This document shows, piece by piece, positions 1 to 9,087 of a DNA stretch of 64,000 nucleotides. Under the pieces are notes generated by a model. That model was given only the letters and a program-made list of their open reading frames with translations, did no database searches and was not told where the DNA came from. The position numbers and the translations under genes are program-made. This stretch comes from Betaproteobacteria bacterium (GTDB taxonomy: Bacteria; Pseudomonadota; Gammaproteobacteria; Burkholderiales; SG8-39). The first letter of the stretch is position 1; the number at the start of each line of letters is the position of its first letter. The stretch spans positions 21,611 through 85,610 of the forward strand of contig VBCA01000001.1 of the NCBI GenBank assembly GCA_005881575.1, read 5' to 3'.

Positions 1-694
1 ATCCGTGCAAGGGCGCCGTCACGACGTCATCGAACTCGCGCAGCGTGCGCGCGCGCCGCATCGCCTTGCCATCGAACAGTCCGGGGAAACGCTCGATCTT
101 ATGCTCGCCCTTTTTCTTCATCGTCGAGAGAAACGCTCGCGTATAGACTAGGTTGAATCCCCGGCCGAGCGCGTCGCCCGCCGCCATGAGATCGACCGGG
201 GCCGACACCGCGGCCGCCGCGGCGAGAACCTCCTTCGCCCGCGCGCCCCCACCGAGCCACTTGAGAAGCGCATTGCCGCCCAGCGACACGCCTACCGCGA
301 AGAGCGGTGCGCCGGAAGCCTCGCTCGAAAAACGCCGAAGAATCCAGCCTATCTCCTCCGCGTCACCGGAATGATAGGCCCGGGGTAGTCTGTTCGGCTC
401 GCCGGAACAGCCGCGAAAGTGCGGCAATGCGCACCGCCAAACGTTTCGGGCGAGCTCCCGCGCAAGCGCCCCGGCGTAATGGCTGCCCGAGCCGCCTTCG
501 AGGCCGTGAAACAGCACAACGAGCGGAGCATCGGCCGGACCTGCCAGACGATCGACATCGATGAAATCTCCGTCCGGCGTGTCCCAGCGCTCTCTCTTCC
601 AATCAACTCTCGAACCGTAGAATAGCGCCCCGTACAGAGTCTGCAGGTGTCCGCCCGGCAGCCACCAGGGAGCTCGGTAGGGCCCTGGACTCAA
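1..694 (-). CDS. alpha/beta-fold hydrolase, YheT-like (5' part; 3' end lies beyond the window edge)
   Basis: This ORF is absent from the ORF track because it has no stop inside the window. My own minus-strand translation reads ...PWWLPGGHLQTLYGALF..WKRERWDTPDGDFIDVDRLAGPADAPLVVLFHGLEGGSGSHYA...APLFAVGVSLGGNALLKWLG... It has a G-x-S-x-G nucleophile elbow and the YheT-type N-terminal motif. A candidate TTG start at 694-692 overlaps the stop of the upstream gene (TTGA). Confidence 0.6.
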   Translation of the reverse strand, partial: MSPGPYRAPWWLPGGHLQTLYGALFYGSRVDWKRERWDTPDGDFIDVDRLAGPADAPLVVLFHGLEGGSGSHYAGALARELARNVWRCALPHFRGCSGEPNRLPRAYHSGDAEEIGWILRRFSSEASGAPLFAVGVSLGGNALLKWLGGGARAKEVLAAAAAVSAPVDLMAAGDALGRGFNLVYTRAFLSTMKKKGEHKIERFPGLFDGKAMRRARTLREFDDVVTAPLHG

Positions 695-1188
695 TGCAGG
701 ATTTTCGGCGACTCGGCGGGAGCGCGGGGCCCCTGCGGCGCGGGTGAGCCGTGATGCAGGATCATTCGCCAGCCGTTGCCGGTGCGCAGGTAGACGTTGG
801 TGGCGGCGACCGGCGGGCGCGAGCGCGGCTCGCCCTGCACCAGGATATTCTCGTGCACGCTGTGGACCGCGAGCATCATCCCCGAGAGCACCACCTGGTC
901 GGAAACATGCACCTTGAGCCGCTGGCCTGAGCCGAAAATCTGCGCCCAGCTCTCGCGTACCTGATCGTAGCCCGCGAGCCTCGCTCCTCCCGGATGCACG
1001 CACACGATCTCCTCGTCTTCGGCCCACACTTCCATCATGGCCTCGAGCTCACCCGCCTCGAGCGCCTCGTAGAACGCGGCCTCTGCATCCTGCGGCGTCG
1101 GAAAGGTGCTTTTCTTCACGAGGGGCGGCTCCGGAGCCGCGTAGCGTAGCCGAAAAGGCGAGTCGCCGCCAGCGTACAAGACCCGCAC
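691..1188 (-). CDS. SnoaL-like / DUF4440 (NTF2-fold) protein
   Basis: 165-aa ORF. The C-terminal pattern ATNVYLRTGNGWRMILHHGSP and the overall size resemble NTF2-like SnoaL/DUF4440 proteins. High GC3 coding bias. Confidence 0.55.
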   Translation of the reverse strand: MRVLYAGGDSPFRLRYAAPEPPLVKKSTFPTPQDAEAAFYEALEAGELEAMMEVWAEDEEIVCVHPGGARLAGYDQVRESWAQIFGSGQRLKVHVSDQVVLSGMMLAVHSVHENILVQGEPRSRPPVAATNVYLRTGNGWRMILHHGSPAPQGPRAPAESPKILH

Positions 1189-1206
1189 CGAACGCGTTTT
1201 CGCGAT

Positions 1207-2541
1207 TCACCCGGGAGAATCTCTGAAACCGATCACCGCTTCGCACCAGCTTGCGACGCGCAAGAGGCGATCGTCGCCGCCTGCGGGACCGGCGAGCTGC
1301 ATTCCGTAGGGCAGGCCGCCGTCGGACAGACCGGTAGGCAGCGTAAGGGCCGGGAATCCCAGGAGCGTCCAGAGCGTGCAGAAGCTCGGATCTCCCGTGA
1401 CATCGAGCCGCTCCGGGGCTGCGCCGGGCGCAGGCAACGATGCGAGCGCGTCGCAGTCCTCGAACAGGTCGAGCGCGAGCTCGGCGAGCGCCGCACGCTT
1501 CACGAGCGCGCCACGATACTCGTCGTGCGACATCGCAAGCCCCTCGTCGATGGCGGCGTTCAACACTGCGCTCATGACGCGCCGATAGTTCGCCTGCCGA
1601 GTAGCGTGTTCGCGGGCTCCTTCGTAGAGCATGATCGTGCGGTGCACCCGATGCGCTTCGTCGAAGTCGTCGGGCAGCGCGACGGTTTTCAATTCCGTTC
1701 CGGCGTCCGCGAGACGCTTCAAGCTCGCTTGCAGATGCCGTGCTGCGCCCGGTTCCGCCGCGTTCCACGGAAAGCGCGGCAAGACTGCGATTTTCGGCGG
1801 ACGCGAGAGCCCCTCGATCTCGGGGGCAAACCTACCGGACTCCGCGACGCTGGCGGCGAAGTAGGCGGCGTCGGCGACCGCGCGCGCAAACACCCCCACC
1901 TGGTCCAGGGATTCGGCAAAAGGAAGCGCGCCTTGAATAGGCAGACTGTCCAGGCTCGGCTTGAACCCGACCACTCCGCAAAACGCCGCAGGCCGGATCA
2001 CCGAACCGTTGGTCTGCGTGCCCACGGCGACCGGAACATGGCCGGCCGCAACGGCCGCGGCCGACCCCGAGGAGGAACCGCCCGGTGTGTGCCTCGTGTT
2101 CCAGGGATTGCGCGTCTCGGCCGGATGCATGTAGGCGAATTCGGTGGTGGCGGTCTTGCCGAGCGCGTAGCCGCCAGCGGCGAGGATCCTTTCGACGAGC
2201 TCGGCGTTTTTTCCGGGCTGATTGCCGACGAACGCGGGCGAGCCCATTTCCGTGGGCAAGTCATCGGTGTCGTAGACGTCCTTCACCCCGACCGGAACAC
2301 CGTGCAGCGCCCCGGTGTGCCCGCCCTGCATGCGCTCGGCGTCGCGGCCGGCGGCGAGGGTGAGCGCCCGCTCATCGTCGAGCGCAACCCAGGCTCTCAG
2401 CCTGCCTTCGCCTGCGCGGATGCGTGCGAGGCAGGACTCGCAGTAGGCGCGAGCGGTCAGCGACCCGTCGGAGAGCGCCTGAACGGTCGCCTTCAAGTCC
2501 TCGGGCGAGGCCGGCTTCGCGGCTGGGCTCCTGAGCGGCAT
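1207..2541 (-). CDS. amidase (amidase-signature family, GatA-like)
   Basis: 444 aa containing the amidase signature GGSSSGSAAAVAAG with the conserved upstream K/S context (GVPVGVKD). Confidence 0.85.
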   Translation of the reverse strand: MPLRSPAAKPASPEDLKATVQALSDGSLTARAYCESCLARIRAGEGRLRAWVALDDERALTLAAGRDAERMQGGHTGALHGVPVGVKDVYDTDDLPTEMGSPAFVGNQPGKNAELVERILAAGGYALGKTATTEFAYMHPAETRNPWNTRHTPGGSSSGSAAAVAAGHVPVAVGTQTNGSVIRPAAFCGVVGFKPSLDSLPIQGALPFAESLDQVGVFARAVADAAYFAASVAESGRFAPEIEGLSRPPKIAVLPRFPWNAAEPGAARHLQASLKRLADAGTELKTVALPDDFDEAHRVHRTIMLYEGAREHATRQANYRRVMSAVLNAAIDEGLAMSHDEYRGALVKRAALAELALDLFEDCDALASLPAPGAAPERLDVTGDPSFCTLWTLLGFPALTLPTGLSDGGLPYGMQLAGPAGGDDRLLRVASWCEAVIGFRDSPG

Positions 2542-2557
2542 GCAGCGATGGCGCGTC

Positions 2558-3547
2558 CTAGCGGCGCCGCTTCGGCCAGGCTTCCGGATTCAGCAGATTG
2601 GGCGGACGTCTTCCCGACAGCGCAGCACTCAGGTTCTTGCTCGCGAGTAGGGCCATCGCCGTGCGCGTCGCGCGCGTGGCGCTGCCGATATGCGGAACAA
2701 GAGCGACGTTGTCCACCTCGAGAAACCCGGGGTTGAAATTCGGCTCGCCTTCGAACACGTCCAGGCCCGCCGCTGCGATGCGACGTTCCTTGAGCGCCTG
2801 GACGAGCGCCGCATCGTCGATGATCCCGCCGCGAGCGGCGTTGACGATCACCGCGGCCGGCTTCATCCGCGCGAGCTGCGCGGCGCCGATGAGATGGTGG
2901 ACTTGCGGCGAATACGGCATGTTGAGGCTGATGAAATCGGATTCCTTGAGGAGCCTCTCCATGTTCACGTACTTCGCGCCCAGCTGCTTTTCGACCGCCT
3001 TCGGCACGCGCCCGCGGTTATGGTAAAGGACGCGCATCGAGAACCCCTTCGCCCGCCGAGCGATCGCCTGGCCGATGCGGCCCATGCCGATGATGCCGAG
3101 CGTCGCGTGGTGCACGTCGACGCCGAGAAATTGGTCGTTCTTCCAACCCTTCCAGCTCCCGGCCCGAAGCCAGCGCTCGGCTTCGGTTACGCGCCGCGCA
3201 GCGGCCATGAGCAGCGCCCAGGTCATGTCCGCGGTCGTGTCGTCGAGTACACCCGGCGTATTGGTCGCGAGGATGCCTCGCTCGGTGCAGGCCGCGAGGT
3301 CGATGTTGTTGTAGCCGACCGCGATGTTGCACACGGCTTTCAGTCGCGGCGCCGCGGCGAGCGTCGCCGCGTCCACGCGGTCTGAGCCGGTGGGAAGGAC
3401 GCCGTCCTTGTCGGCAAGCCGGCGACAGAATTCCTCGGCGCTCCAGGGCGCATCTTCCTTCTGGTTGTCCTCGACTTCGAAGCGCTCGCGCAACTTGTCG
3501 ATGACGTCGTCGAAGGTCGCGCGCGTCACGAGAATCTTGGGTTTCAC
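2558..3547 (-). CDS. D-isomer-specific 2-hydroxyacid dehydrogenase (glyoxylate/hydroxypyruvate reductase-like)
   Basis: 329 aa. NAD-binding motif GIIGMGRIGQAIARRA and catalytic region PHIGSAT, as in the GhrB/TkrA family. Confidence 0.85.
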   Translation of the reverse strand: MKPKILVTRATFDDVIDKLRERFEVEDNQKEDAPWSAEEFCRRLADKDGVLPTGSDRVDAATLAAAPRLKAVCNIAVGYNNIDLAACTERGILATNTPGVLDDTTADMTWALLMAAARRVTEAERWLRAGSWKGWKNDQFLGVDVHHATLGIIGMGRIGQAIARRAKGFSMRVLYHNRGRVPKAVEKQLGAKYVNMERLLKESDFISLNMPYSPQVHHLIGAAQLARMKPAAVIVNAARGGIIDDAALVQALKERRIAAAGLDVFEGEPNFNPGFLEVDNVALVPHIGSATRATRTAMALLASKNLSAALSGRRPPNLLNPEAWPKRRR

Positions 3548-3620
3548 GACTTCTCCGGAACGCTATTCCTGCGGCAGGCCGGCTACGCCGGCAGCAATAC
3601 GAAATATAAGGTGAATCTCG

Positions 3621-3651
3621 GGCAAAAGGAAAGGGCGGCTCGAAGCCGCCC
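3621..3651 (-). terminator. rho-independent terminator after the TRAP large-permease gene
   Basis: On the minus strand the hairpin GGGCGGC-ttcga-GCCGCCC (3633-3651) is followed by TTTCCTTTTGCC (complement of 3621-3632). It lies 24 nt downstream of the stop at 3675. Confidence 0.55.
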
Positions 3652-3674
3652 CTCTCTAGAGAGCGAACCCGGAT

Positions 3675-5675
3675 TCAGCGGCCATAAACCAATTGCGGCA
3701 ACCACAGGCCGATGCCCGGGAACACGTACAAGAGGACCAGAGCGATGAGCTGGATCCCCATGAACGGCATCATCCCTGCGAAGATAGCATTGAGGGTCAC
3801 GTGCGGCGGCGACACGCCCTTCAGGTAGAACGCCGCCATCGCCACCGGCGGCGACAGGAACGCGGTCTGCAGGTTCAGCGCGACCAGCAGCCCGAAGAAC
3901 AGCGGGTCGATGCCGAAGTGCGGGAGCAGCGGCAGGAAGATCGGCATGAAGATGATGATGATCTCGGTCCACTCGAGCGGCCAGCCGAGGATGAAGATGA
4001 TGAACTGCGCGAGGATCATGAACTGCACCGGCGTCATGTTGAGCGACAGCACCCACTTCTCGATGACTTCCTGCCCGCCGAGCAGCGCAAACGCCGCCGA
4101 GAAAATCCCAGAGCCGACAAATAGCCAGCACACCATGGCGCTCGTCTTGGCGGTGAGGAAGGACGACTCCTTCACGATGACGCCCAGCTCCTTCACCGTG
4201 CTCCAGACCGCCTTGCCGGTATCCCTGCCGCTGGATTTCTCCTCGCGCCAATACTCGATGAAGCGGTAGACCCCCGCCAGGATGAATCCGCCGAATCCGC
4301 CGATTGCCGCCGCCTCGGAGGGTGTCGCCAGCCCGAATACGATCGAGCCCAGCACCGCCAGGATCATGAGCGCCAGCGGAAAGAACGAGGTGAGCAGCAT
4401 CTTGAATACTTCCAGCCGCTCCCAGTTCCAGAGCCAGTAGATAAGCACGATGATGACGATACCGACGGCGAAGGTGATCCAGAGCCAAACGGGCACGGGT
4501 AGTCGTACGGATTCTGCCGCGGTCGGCGGCTCCTTCGCACCCTCCGCGGTCCTCGTCTCGGCGGGTGGAGTCTCCTTCGCCCCTTCGACCGGGGGCTCCG
4601 TGACTCCCGGTTCCTTTTCATCGGCTGCGGGTGCGCCGATGAGGCCCGTAGACTGCTCTCTTTCCTGTTCGGGCGCCGCGATGAGGCCCCCGGCCTCGAT
4701 CAGCCCGGCCGTGCTGGCCTCGACTTCCGGCGCCGTCGCCGTGCGATAGGTGACGCCCAGCAACGCGGCGATGAAGAGTGCCGGCACCAGCGTGACGAAG
4801 AGTTGCGCGAGCACGGTGCGTTTTGCGACACCGGCGTTGCCGCCGATCGCTGCGCGCCCGAGCCCGGCCAACGCGTTTCTGCCGCGCGGCGCCAGCGTCT
4901 GCGCCCAGCGCGGAAGCTCCACGCGCCGCTCGCTCTCGGGGAGCGGAGGCATGAGCCTGGGTTTCCACTTTGCGAGCACGATGATGTAGCCGATATAGAG
5001 CCCCGCGAGCATGAACCCGGGCAGGAAGGCGCCGGCGTAGAGTTGCACGACCGACACGCCCGCAACTGAGCCATAGACGATCAGCAGCACCGAGGGCGGA
5101 ATCAGGATGCCGAGGCACCCTCCCGCGGTCACCGCTCCCGCGGCCACCTTGACGTTGTAGCCCGCCTTGAGCATCGCCGGAAACGCGAGCAGTCCCATCA
5201 ACGTCACCACCGCACCGACGATGCCGGTCGCGGTCGCGAAGATCGCGCAGGTGACGACGGTCGCTACCGCAAGCGACCCGGGCACGCGCGCGGTGGCGAG
5301 ATGCAGGCTCCTGAACAAGCGGTCGATCAGCTGCGCCCGCTCGACGACATAGCCCATGAACAGGAACAGCGGCACCGCAATCAGCACGTCGTTCGACATC
5401 ACGCCGTAGGTGCGCTGCACGAAGAGGTCGAGCACCTGCCGGCCCGCGGTCGCCGGATCCACGCTGCGGTAGGCGAGCCAGGCGAAGAACACGCCCATCC
5501 CCATGAGCGTGAAGGCTGTGGGAAAGCCGAGCATGATGCCCACGCAGATCAGCGCGAGCATCATGAGCCCCAGGTGGCCGTTCGTGAGATGCCCCCAGGG
5601 CATGAGCACGACCACCGGGATGACGATCGCCGCCATGAGCGAGAAACCGAACCACAGTTCCTTGCGCAGCTTCAT
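3675..5675 (-). CDS. TRAP transporter large permease (DctM family, long form with internal low-complexity loop)
   Basis: The track ORF 3675..5975 is trimmed to the ATG at 5675 (MKLRKELWFGFSLMAAIV...), which overlaps the upstream small-permease stop as ATGA. It is a multi-TM DctM-like sequence. The first 100 codons of the track ORF overlap the DctQ gene and are Arg-rich shadow sequence. Confidence 0.85.
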   Translation of the reverse strand: MKLRKELWFGFSLMAAIVIPVVVLMPWGHLTNGHLGLMMLALICVGIMLGFPTAFTLMGMGVFFAWLAYRSVDPATAGRQVLDLFVQRTYGVMSNDVLIAVPLFLFMGYVVERAQLIDRLFRSLHLATARVPGSLAVATVVTCAIFATATGIVGAVVTLMGLLAFPAMLKAGYNVKVAAGAVTAGGCLGILIPPSVLLIVYGSVAGVSVVQLYAGAFLPGFMLAGLYIGYIIVLAKWKPRLMPPLPESERRVELPRWAQTLAPRGRNALAGLGRAAIGGNAGVAKRTVLAQLFVTLVPALFIAALLGVTYRTATAPEVEASTAGLIEAGGLIAAPEQEREQSTGLIGAPAADEKEPGVTEPPVEGAKETPPAETRTAEGAKEPPTAAESVRLPVPVWLWITFAVGIVIIVLIYWLWNWERLEVFKMLLTSFFPLALMILAVLGSIVFGLATPSEAAAIGGFGGFILAGVYRFIEYWREEKSSGRDTGKAVWSTVKELGVIVKESSFLTAKTSAMVCWLFVGSGIFSAAFALLGGQEVIEKWVLSLNMTPVQFMILAQFIIFILGWPLEWTEIIIIFMPIFLPLLPHFGIDPLFFGLLVALNLQTAFLSPPVAMAAFYLKGVSPPHVTLNAIFAGMMPFMGIQLIALVLLYVFPGIGLWLPQLVYGR

Positions 5676-6295
5676 TTGTGCTGCTCCTGCTGCACGACGA
5701 ACTGGTCGAGCTTCGCGATATCCTCGTCCTTGACGTGCACCATTTCCTTGAGTTTCTCGACGTCGACTTCCTCGACGTCCTCTTCGCGCATGGGCCACTC
5801 GCCCTCTTTGATGCAGATGACGCAGCGGATGATCTCGACGATGCCCTGCACCAGCACGAAAGCGCCGGCGAGCGGGATGACCGTCTTGAAGGGATAGACC
5901 GGCGGGCCTTCGGAGGTGATGTTCGAATGCTCGTTGATCGACCAGGACTCGGCGGCGTAGGTGTAGCCGGCCCACACGAGCGCGATGACGCCCGGGATGA
6001 AGAACACGATGTACAGCGTCAGGTCGAGCACCGCCTGCGCCCGCGGCGTAAAGAAGCCGTAGATGACGTCCCCGCGCACGTGGCCGTTCTTCGCGAGCGT
6101 ATAGGCGCCCGCCATCATGAACAGCGTTCCGTACATCATGATCATCGCGTCGAAGGCCCAGGCGCGCGGGTGGTCCAGAACGTAGCGCGAGAACACTTCC
6201 CAGCTGACGTGCAGGGTGAGCGCCACGATGAACCAGGAAAACGCCTGCCCCACCCAGGTGCTTATCTTGTCGACGAAAAGCAGCAGTTTCTGCAT
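5672..6295 (-). CDS. TRAP transporter small permease (DctQ-like)
   Basis: 207 aa with 4 predicted TM helices, located between the binding-protein and large-permease genes. It has an acidic C-terminal tail. Translationally coupled to the large permease (ATGA overlap). Confidence 0.75.
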   Translation of the reverse strand: MQKLLLFVDKISTWVGQAFSWFIVALTLHVSWEVFSRYVLDHPRAWAFDAMIMMYGTLFMMAGAYTLAKNGHVRGDVIYGFFTPRAQAVLDLTLYIVFFIPGVIALVWAGYTYAAESWSINEHSNITSEGPPVYPFKTVIPLAGAFVLVQGIVEIIRCVICIKEGEWPMREEDVEEVDVEKLKEMVHVKDEDIAKLDQFVVQQEQHK

Positions 6296-6368
6296 GGTTG
6301 AAATCCTGCGGCGATAGGGCGGAGGATGAAGCCTATTCCGCCGATCCTGTCACAACTCTGAGGAGAAT

Positions 6369-6404
6369 CCAAAAAAAACACCATCCGGTCGGCCGGATGG
6401 TGTT
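6369..6404 (-). terminator. rho-independent terminator/attenuator between the TRAP binding-protein and permease genes
   Basis: A perfect 12-bp stem AACACCATCCGG / CCGGATGGTGTT (6377-6404) with a 4-nt loop. On the minus strand it is followed directly by a run of 8 T (complement of 6369-6376). Confidence 0.65.
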
Positions 6405-6423
6405 CCCACGGGTGCGCTCGCCG

Positions 6424-7578
6424 TCAGGCCTTCTTGGCGGCGGGCTTCTTGCCGAAGTAGTAGTTATAAGCCATGCGCGCGCCCACCTGGGTGTCGAGAT
6501 ACCAGCGCACGGTCCTCTCCGCATATTTTTTCTGGGATTCGGTGATCTCCTTCCACATCGGATTCTCGGCCGCCTTCTTCTTGTCGACCTGGTCAAAGAT
6601 TTCGAGCTGTTTCTGCAGCACCGAGTCCGGAGTCTTGTAGAATCTCACCTTGTCCTTGGTCTGCAGCTCGATGTAGTCCTGCGAGTAGCGGTTGATCGCC
6701 TTCCAGGACATGTCCGCGGATGCCGCTTCCACCGCGTTTGCGATGATCGCCTGCATCTTGGCCGGAAGGGCATCGTACTTGGTCTTGTTGAACGTGATCT
6801 CGAACTGCTCGCCGTTCTGGTGGTAGCTCTGCAGCATGCAGATCTTGGACACGTCGGGGAAGCCGAGGATGCGGTCGGAGGTCGCGTTGTTGAACTCCGC
6901 GGCGTCGAGCAGCCCGCGGTCGATTGCCGGGACGATCTCGCCGCCGGGCAGCGCGTTCACAGCGGCGCCCATTCCGGTGAACAGGTCGATCGAGATGCCG
7001 ACAGTGCGGTACTTCATGCCCTTGAAATCGTCCGGCTTGGTGATCGGCTTCTTGAACCATCCGAGCGGCTGCGTCGGCATCGGACCGTACGGGAAGGACA
7101 CCACGTTGGCGCCGATCGAGGCGTAGAGCTTGTTGAGCAACTCCTTGCCGCCGCCGTACTTGTGCCAGGAAAGCAGCGTGTTGGCGTCCATCGCGTACGC
7201 GGGGCTCGATCCCCAGAGCGCGAGCGCGTTCTGCTTGCCGTAATGGTAGACGAGCACGCCGTGCCCGCCGTCGAGCGTACCCTTCGACACTGCGTCGAGC
7301 AGGCCGAAGGCCGGCACCACCGATCCGGCCGGCAGCACTTCGATCCTGAGATCGCCGCCGGTCATGTCGTTCACCTTCTTGGCGTAGTCGAGAGCGTATT
7401 CGTGGAAGATGTCTTTTGCAGGCCAGGTGCTCTGCCAGCGCATCGAGATCGGGCCAGCCTGACCCTTGGCGATCATGGGAAAGCCGAGCGTCGCAGCGCC
7501 GGCCGTGGCCACCGCAGCGCTCGTCAAGAACTTGCGGCGCGAAGCCGTCTCGGTTTTCTTGGATTGTTCCTTGCTCAT
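6424..7578 (-). CDS. TRAP transporter substrate-binding protein (Tat-signal; mannitol/chloroaromatic-type family)
   Basis: The track ORF is trimmed to the ATG at 7578 (MSKEQSKKTETASRRKFLTSAAVATAGAATLG...), which is preceded by AAGGAGGAG. It carries a twin-arginine signal and is paralogous to the 10291..11415 product. Confidence 0.85.
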   Translation of the reverse strand: MSKEQSKKTETASRRKFLTSAAVATAGAATLGFPMIAKGQAGPISMRWQSTWPAKDIFHEYALDYAKKVNDMTGGDLRIEVLPAGSVVPAFGLLDAVSKGTLDGGHGVLVYHYGKQNALALWGSSPAYAMDANTLLSWHKYGGGKELLNKLYASIGANVVSFPYGPMPTQPLGWFKKPITKPDDFKGMKYRTVGISIDLFTGMGAAVNALPGGEIVPAIDRGLLDAAEFNNATSDRILGFPDVSKICMLQSYHQNGEQFEITFNKTKYDALPAKMQAIIANAVEAASADMSWKAINRYSQDYIELQTKDKVRFYKTPDSVLQKQLEIFDQVDKKKAAENPMWKEITESQKKYAERTVRWYLDTQVGARMAYNYYFGKKPAAKKA

Positions 7579-7832
7579 TAGCTCCTCCTTCGGATGGTGA
7601 CATTCATGGATAGTCGTCCCGGCGTCGTTCTTCTTGTTCCCCGGAACCTTCTGCGGTAAACGATTCATGGGGCCTAGTTGTTCTTCCCGCGGGCCCTTGG
7701 GGCGTGCCTACGCCAAAGCCCGCGAATCGTATTCCTAGTGCGTCCTGAAATCAAGCTGCCTCGGGCGCCTTCCGCATTGTGAAACCGGGGGTCTTGCTCG
7801 CCTCGGGATTCCCATGGCGCGGTTCAAGGGCC

Positions 7833-9083
7833 TCAGTGCCCCACGTAAAACTTGCTCGGCAGGTAAAGGATGATCTGGGGAAAAATGATGCACAGAGCGT
7901 TGCCGACCGCCTGCAAGCCGATGAACGGCACGGCCGCCTTGAAGATCATCGCCATGCTGATCTGCGGCGGCGCCACGCTTTTCAGGTAGAAGAGTGAATA
8001 GCCGAAGGGCGGCGAGAGGAACGCCATCTGCATGTTGACGATGAAGATCACCCCGTACCACAGCGGGATGTCGTCCGGTTGCACGCCGGGAATGCCGAAC
8101 ACGCCCGTGAAAGTGAGCTTGGTGAGAATGGGCACGAAGATCGGCACGGTGAGGAGCAGGATGCCGACCCAGTCGAGGAACATGCCGAGGACGAACAGGA
8201 TCAGCATCATCAGGCCCAGGATGCCGTAGGGCGCGAGGCCCGTGCCGATGATCGAGTCGGCGACGAAGGTCTGGCCGCCCTTCACGATGAAGAAGCCGAC
8301 GAACATGGTCGCGCCGAAGAAGATCCACATCACCATCGAGGTCGCCTTCAAGGTCGCAATCGCCGCCTCGTGGACGTTGATCCAGTTCAACCGCCGATTC
8401 AGCGCGCACACGACCAGCGCACCGAAGGTGCCGATTCCGGCCGCTTCGACCGGCGTCGCGATGCCAAAGAAGATCACCCCCAGAACAAGCAGGATCAGGG
8501 CGATCGGGGCGATGGTATTGCGCAGCAGGCGCAGCTTCTCGCGGAAATTCACCCGTTCCTCGGGCGCAAGCGCCGGTCCGAGCGCCGGGTTGATGTAGCA
8601 GCGGATCGTGATGTAGACGATGTACATCCCGGAGAGCAGCAGGCCGGGGAAGACCGACCCGATCAGCAGTTCGCCCAGGGATTGCTGCGCCACGACGGCA
8701 TAAACGATCGCCATCACCGAGGGCGGGATCAGGATGCCGAGCGTGCCGCCGGCGAGGAGCGACCCGCAGGCGAGCTTGGCGTCGTAGTTGCGTCTGAGCA
8801 TCGCCGGGAGCGCGATCATGCCCATGGTCACCTCGGTCGCGCCGACCACGCCCACCATGGCGGCGAGCACGGTGCACGCGAGCACGGTCGCCGAAGCGAG
8901 CCCGCCCTTCAAGAAGATGCGCGCCGGCATCATGTTGAGGATCGCCGGCGTGCCGAAGACGAACAGGAAGATGGTAGCGAGGCTGCCGGTGCAGAACGCC
9001 ATCGGCAGGCCGAGCATGAGCAGCAGGGCGAGCGAGCCGAAGAGCAGCAGGGTCAGCCACGCGATCGGAATCTCGATTCCCAC
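7833..9083 (-). CDS. TRAP transporter large permease (DctM family)
   Basis: 416-aa polytopic membrane protein with DctM-like sequence, at the last position of the second P-Q-M operon. Confidence 0.85.
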   Translation of the reverse strand: MGIEIPIAWLTLLLFGSLALLLMLGLPMAFCTGSLATIFLFVFGTPAILNMMPARIFLKGGLASATVLACTVLAAMVGVVGATEVTMGMIALPAMLRRNYDAKLACGSLLAGGTLGILIPPSVMAIVYAVVAQQSLGELLIGSVFPGLLLSGMYIVYITIRCYINPALGPALAPEERVNFREKLRLLRNTIAPIALILLVLGVIFFGIATPVEAAGIGTFGALVVCALNRRLNWINVHEAAIATLKATSMVMWIFFGATMFVGFFIVKGGQTFVADSIIGTGLAPYGILGLMMLILFVLGMFLDWVGILLLTVPIFVPILTKLTFTGVFGIPGVQPDDIPLWYGVIFIVNMQMAFLSPPFGYSLFYLKSVAPPQISMAMIFKAAVPFIGLQAVGNALCIIFPQIILYLPSKFYVGH

Positions 9084-9087
9084 TCTT

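Noticed and set aside
5676-5975. N-terminal 100-codon extension of the TRAP large-permease ORF (track start 5975).
   Set aside because: The extension overlaps the DctQ-like gene in another frame and is Arg-rich. The internal ATG at 5675 gives a typical DctM N-terminus and an ATGA overlap with the upstream stop.
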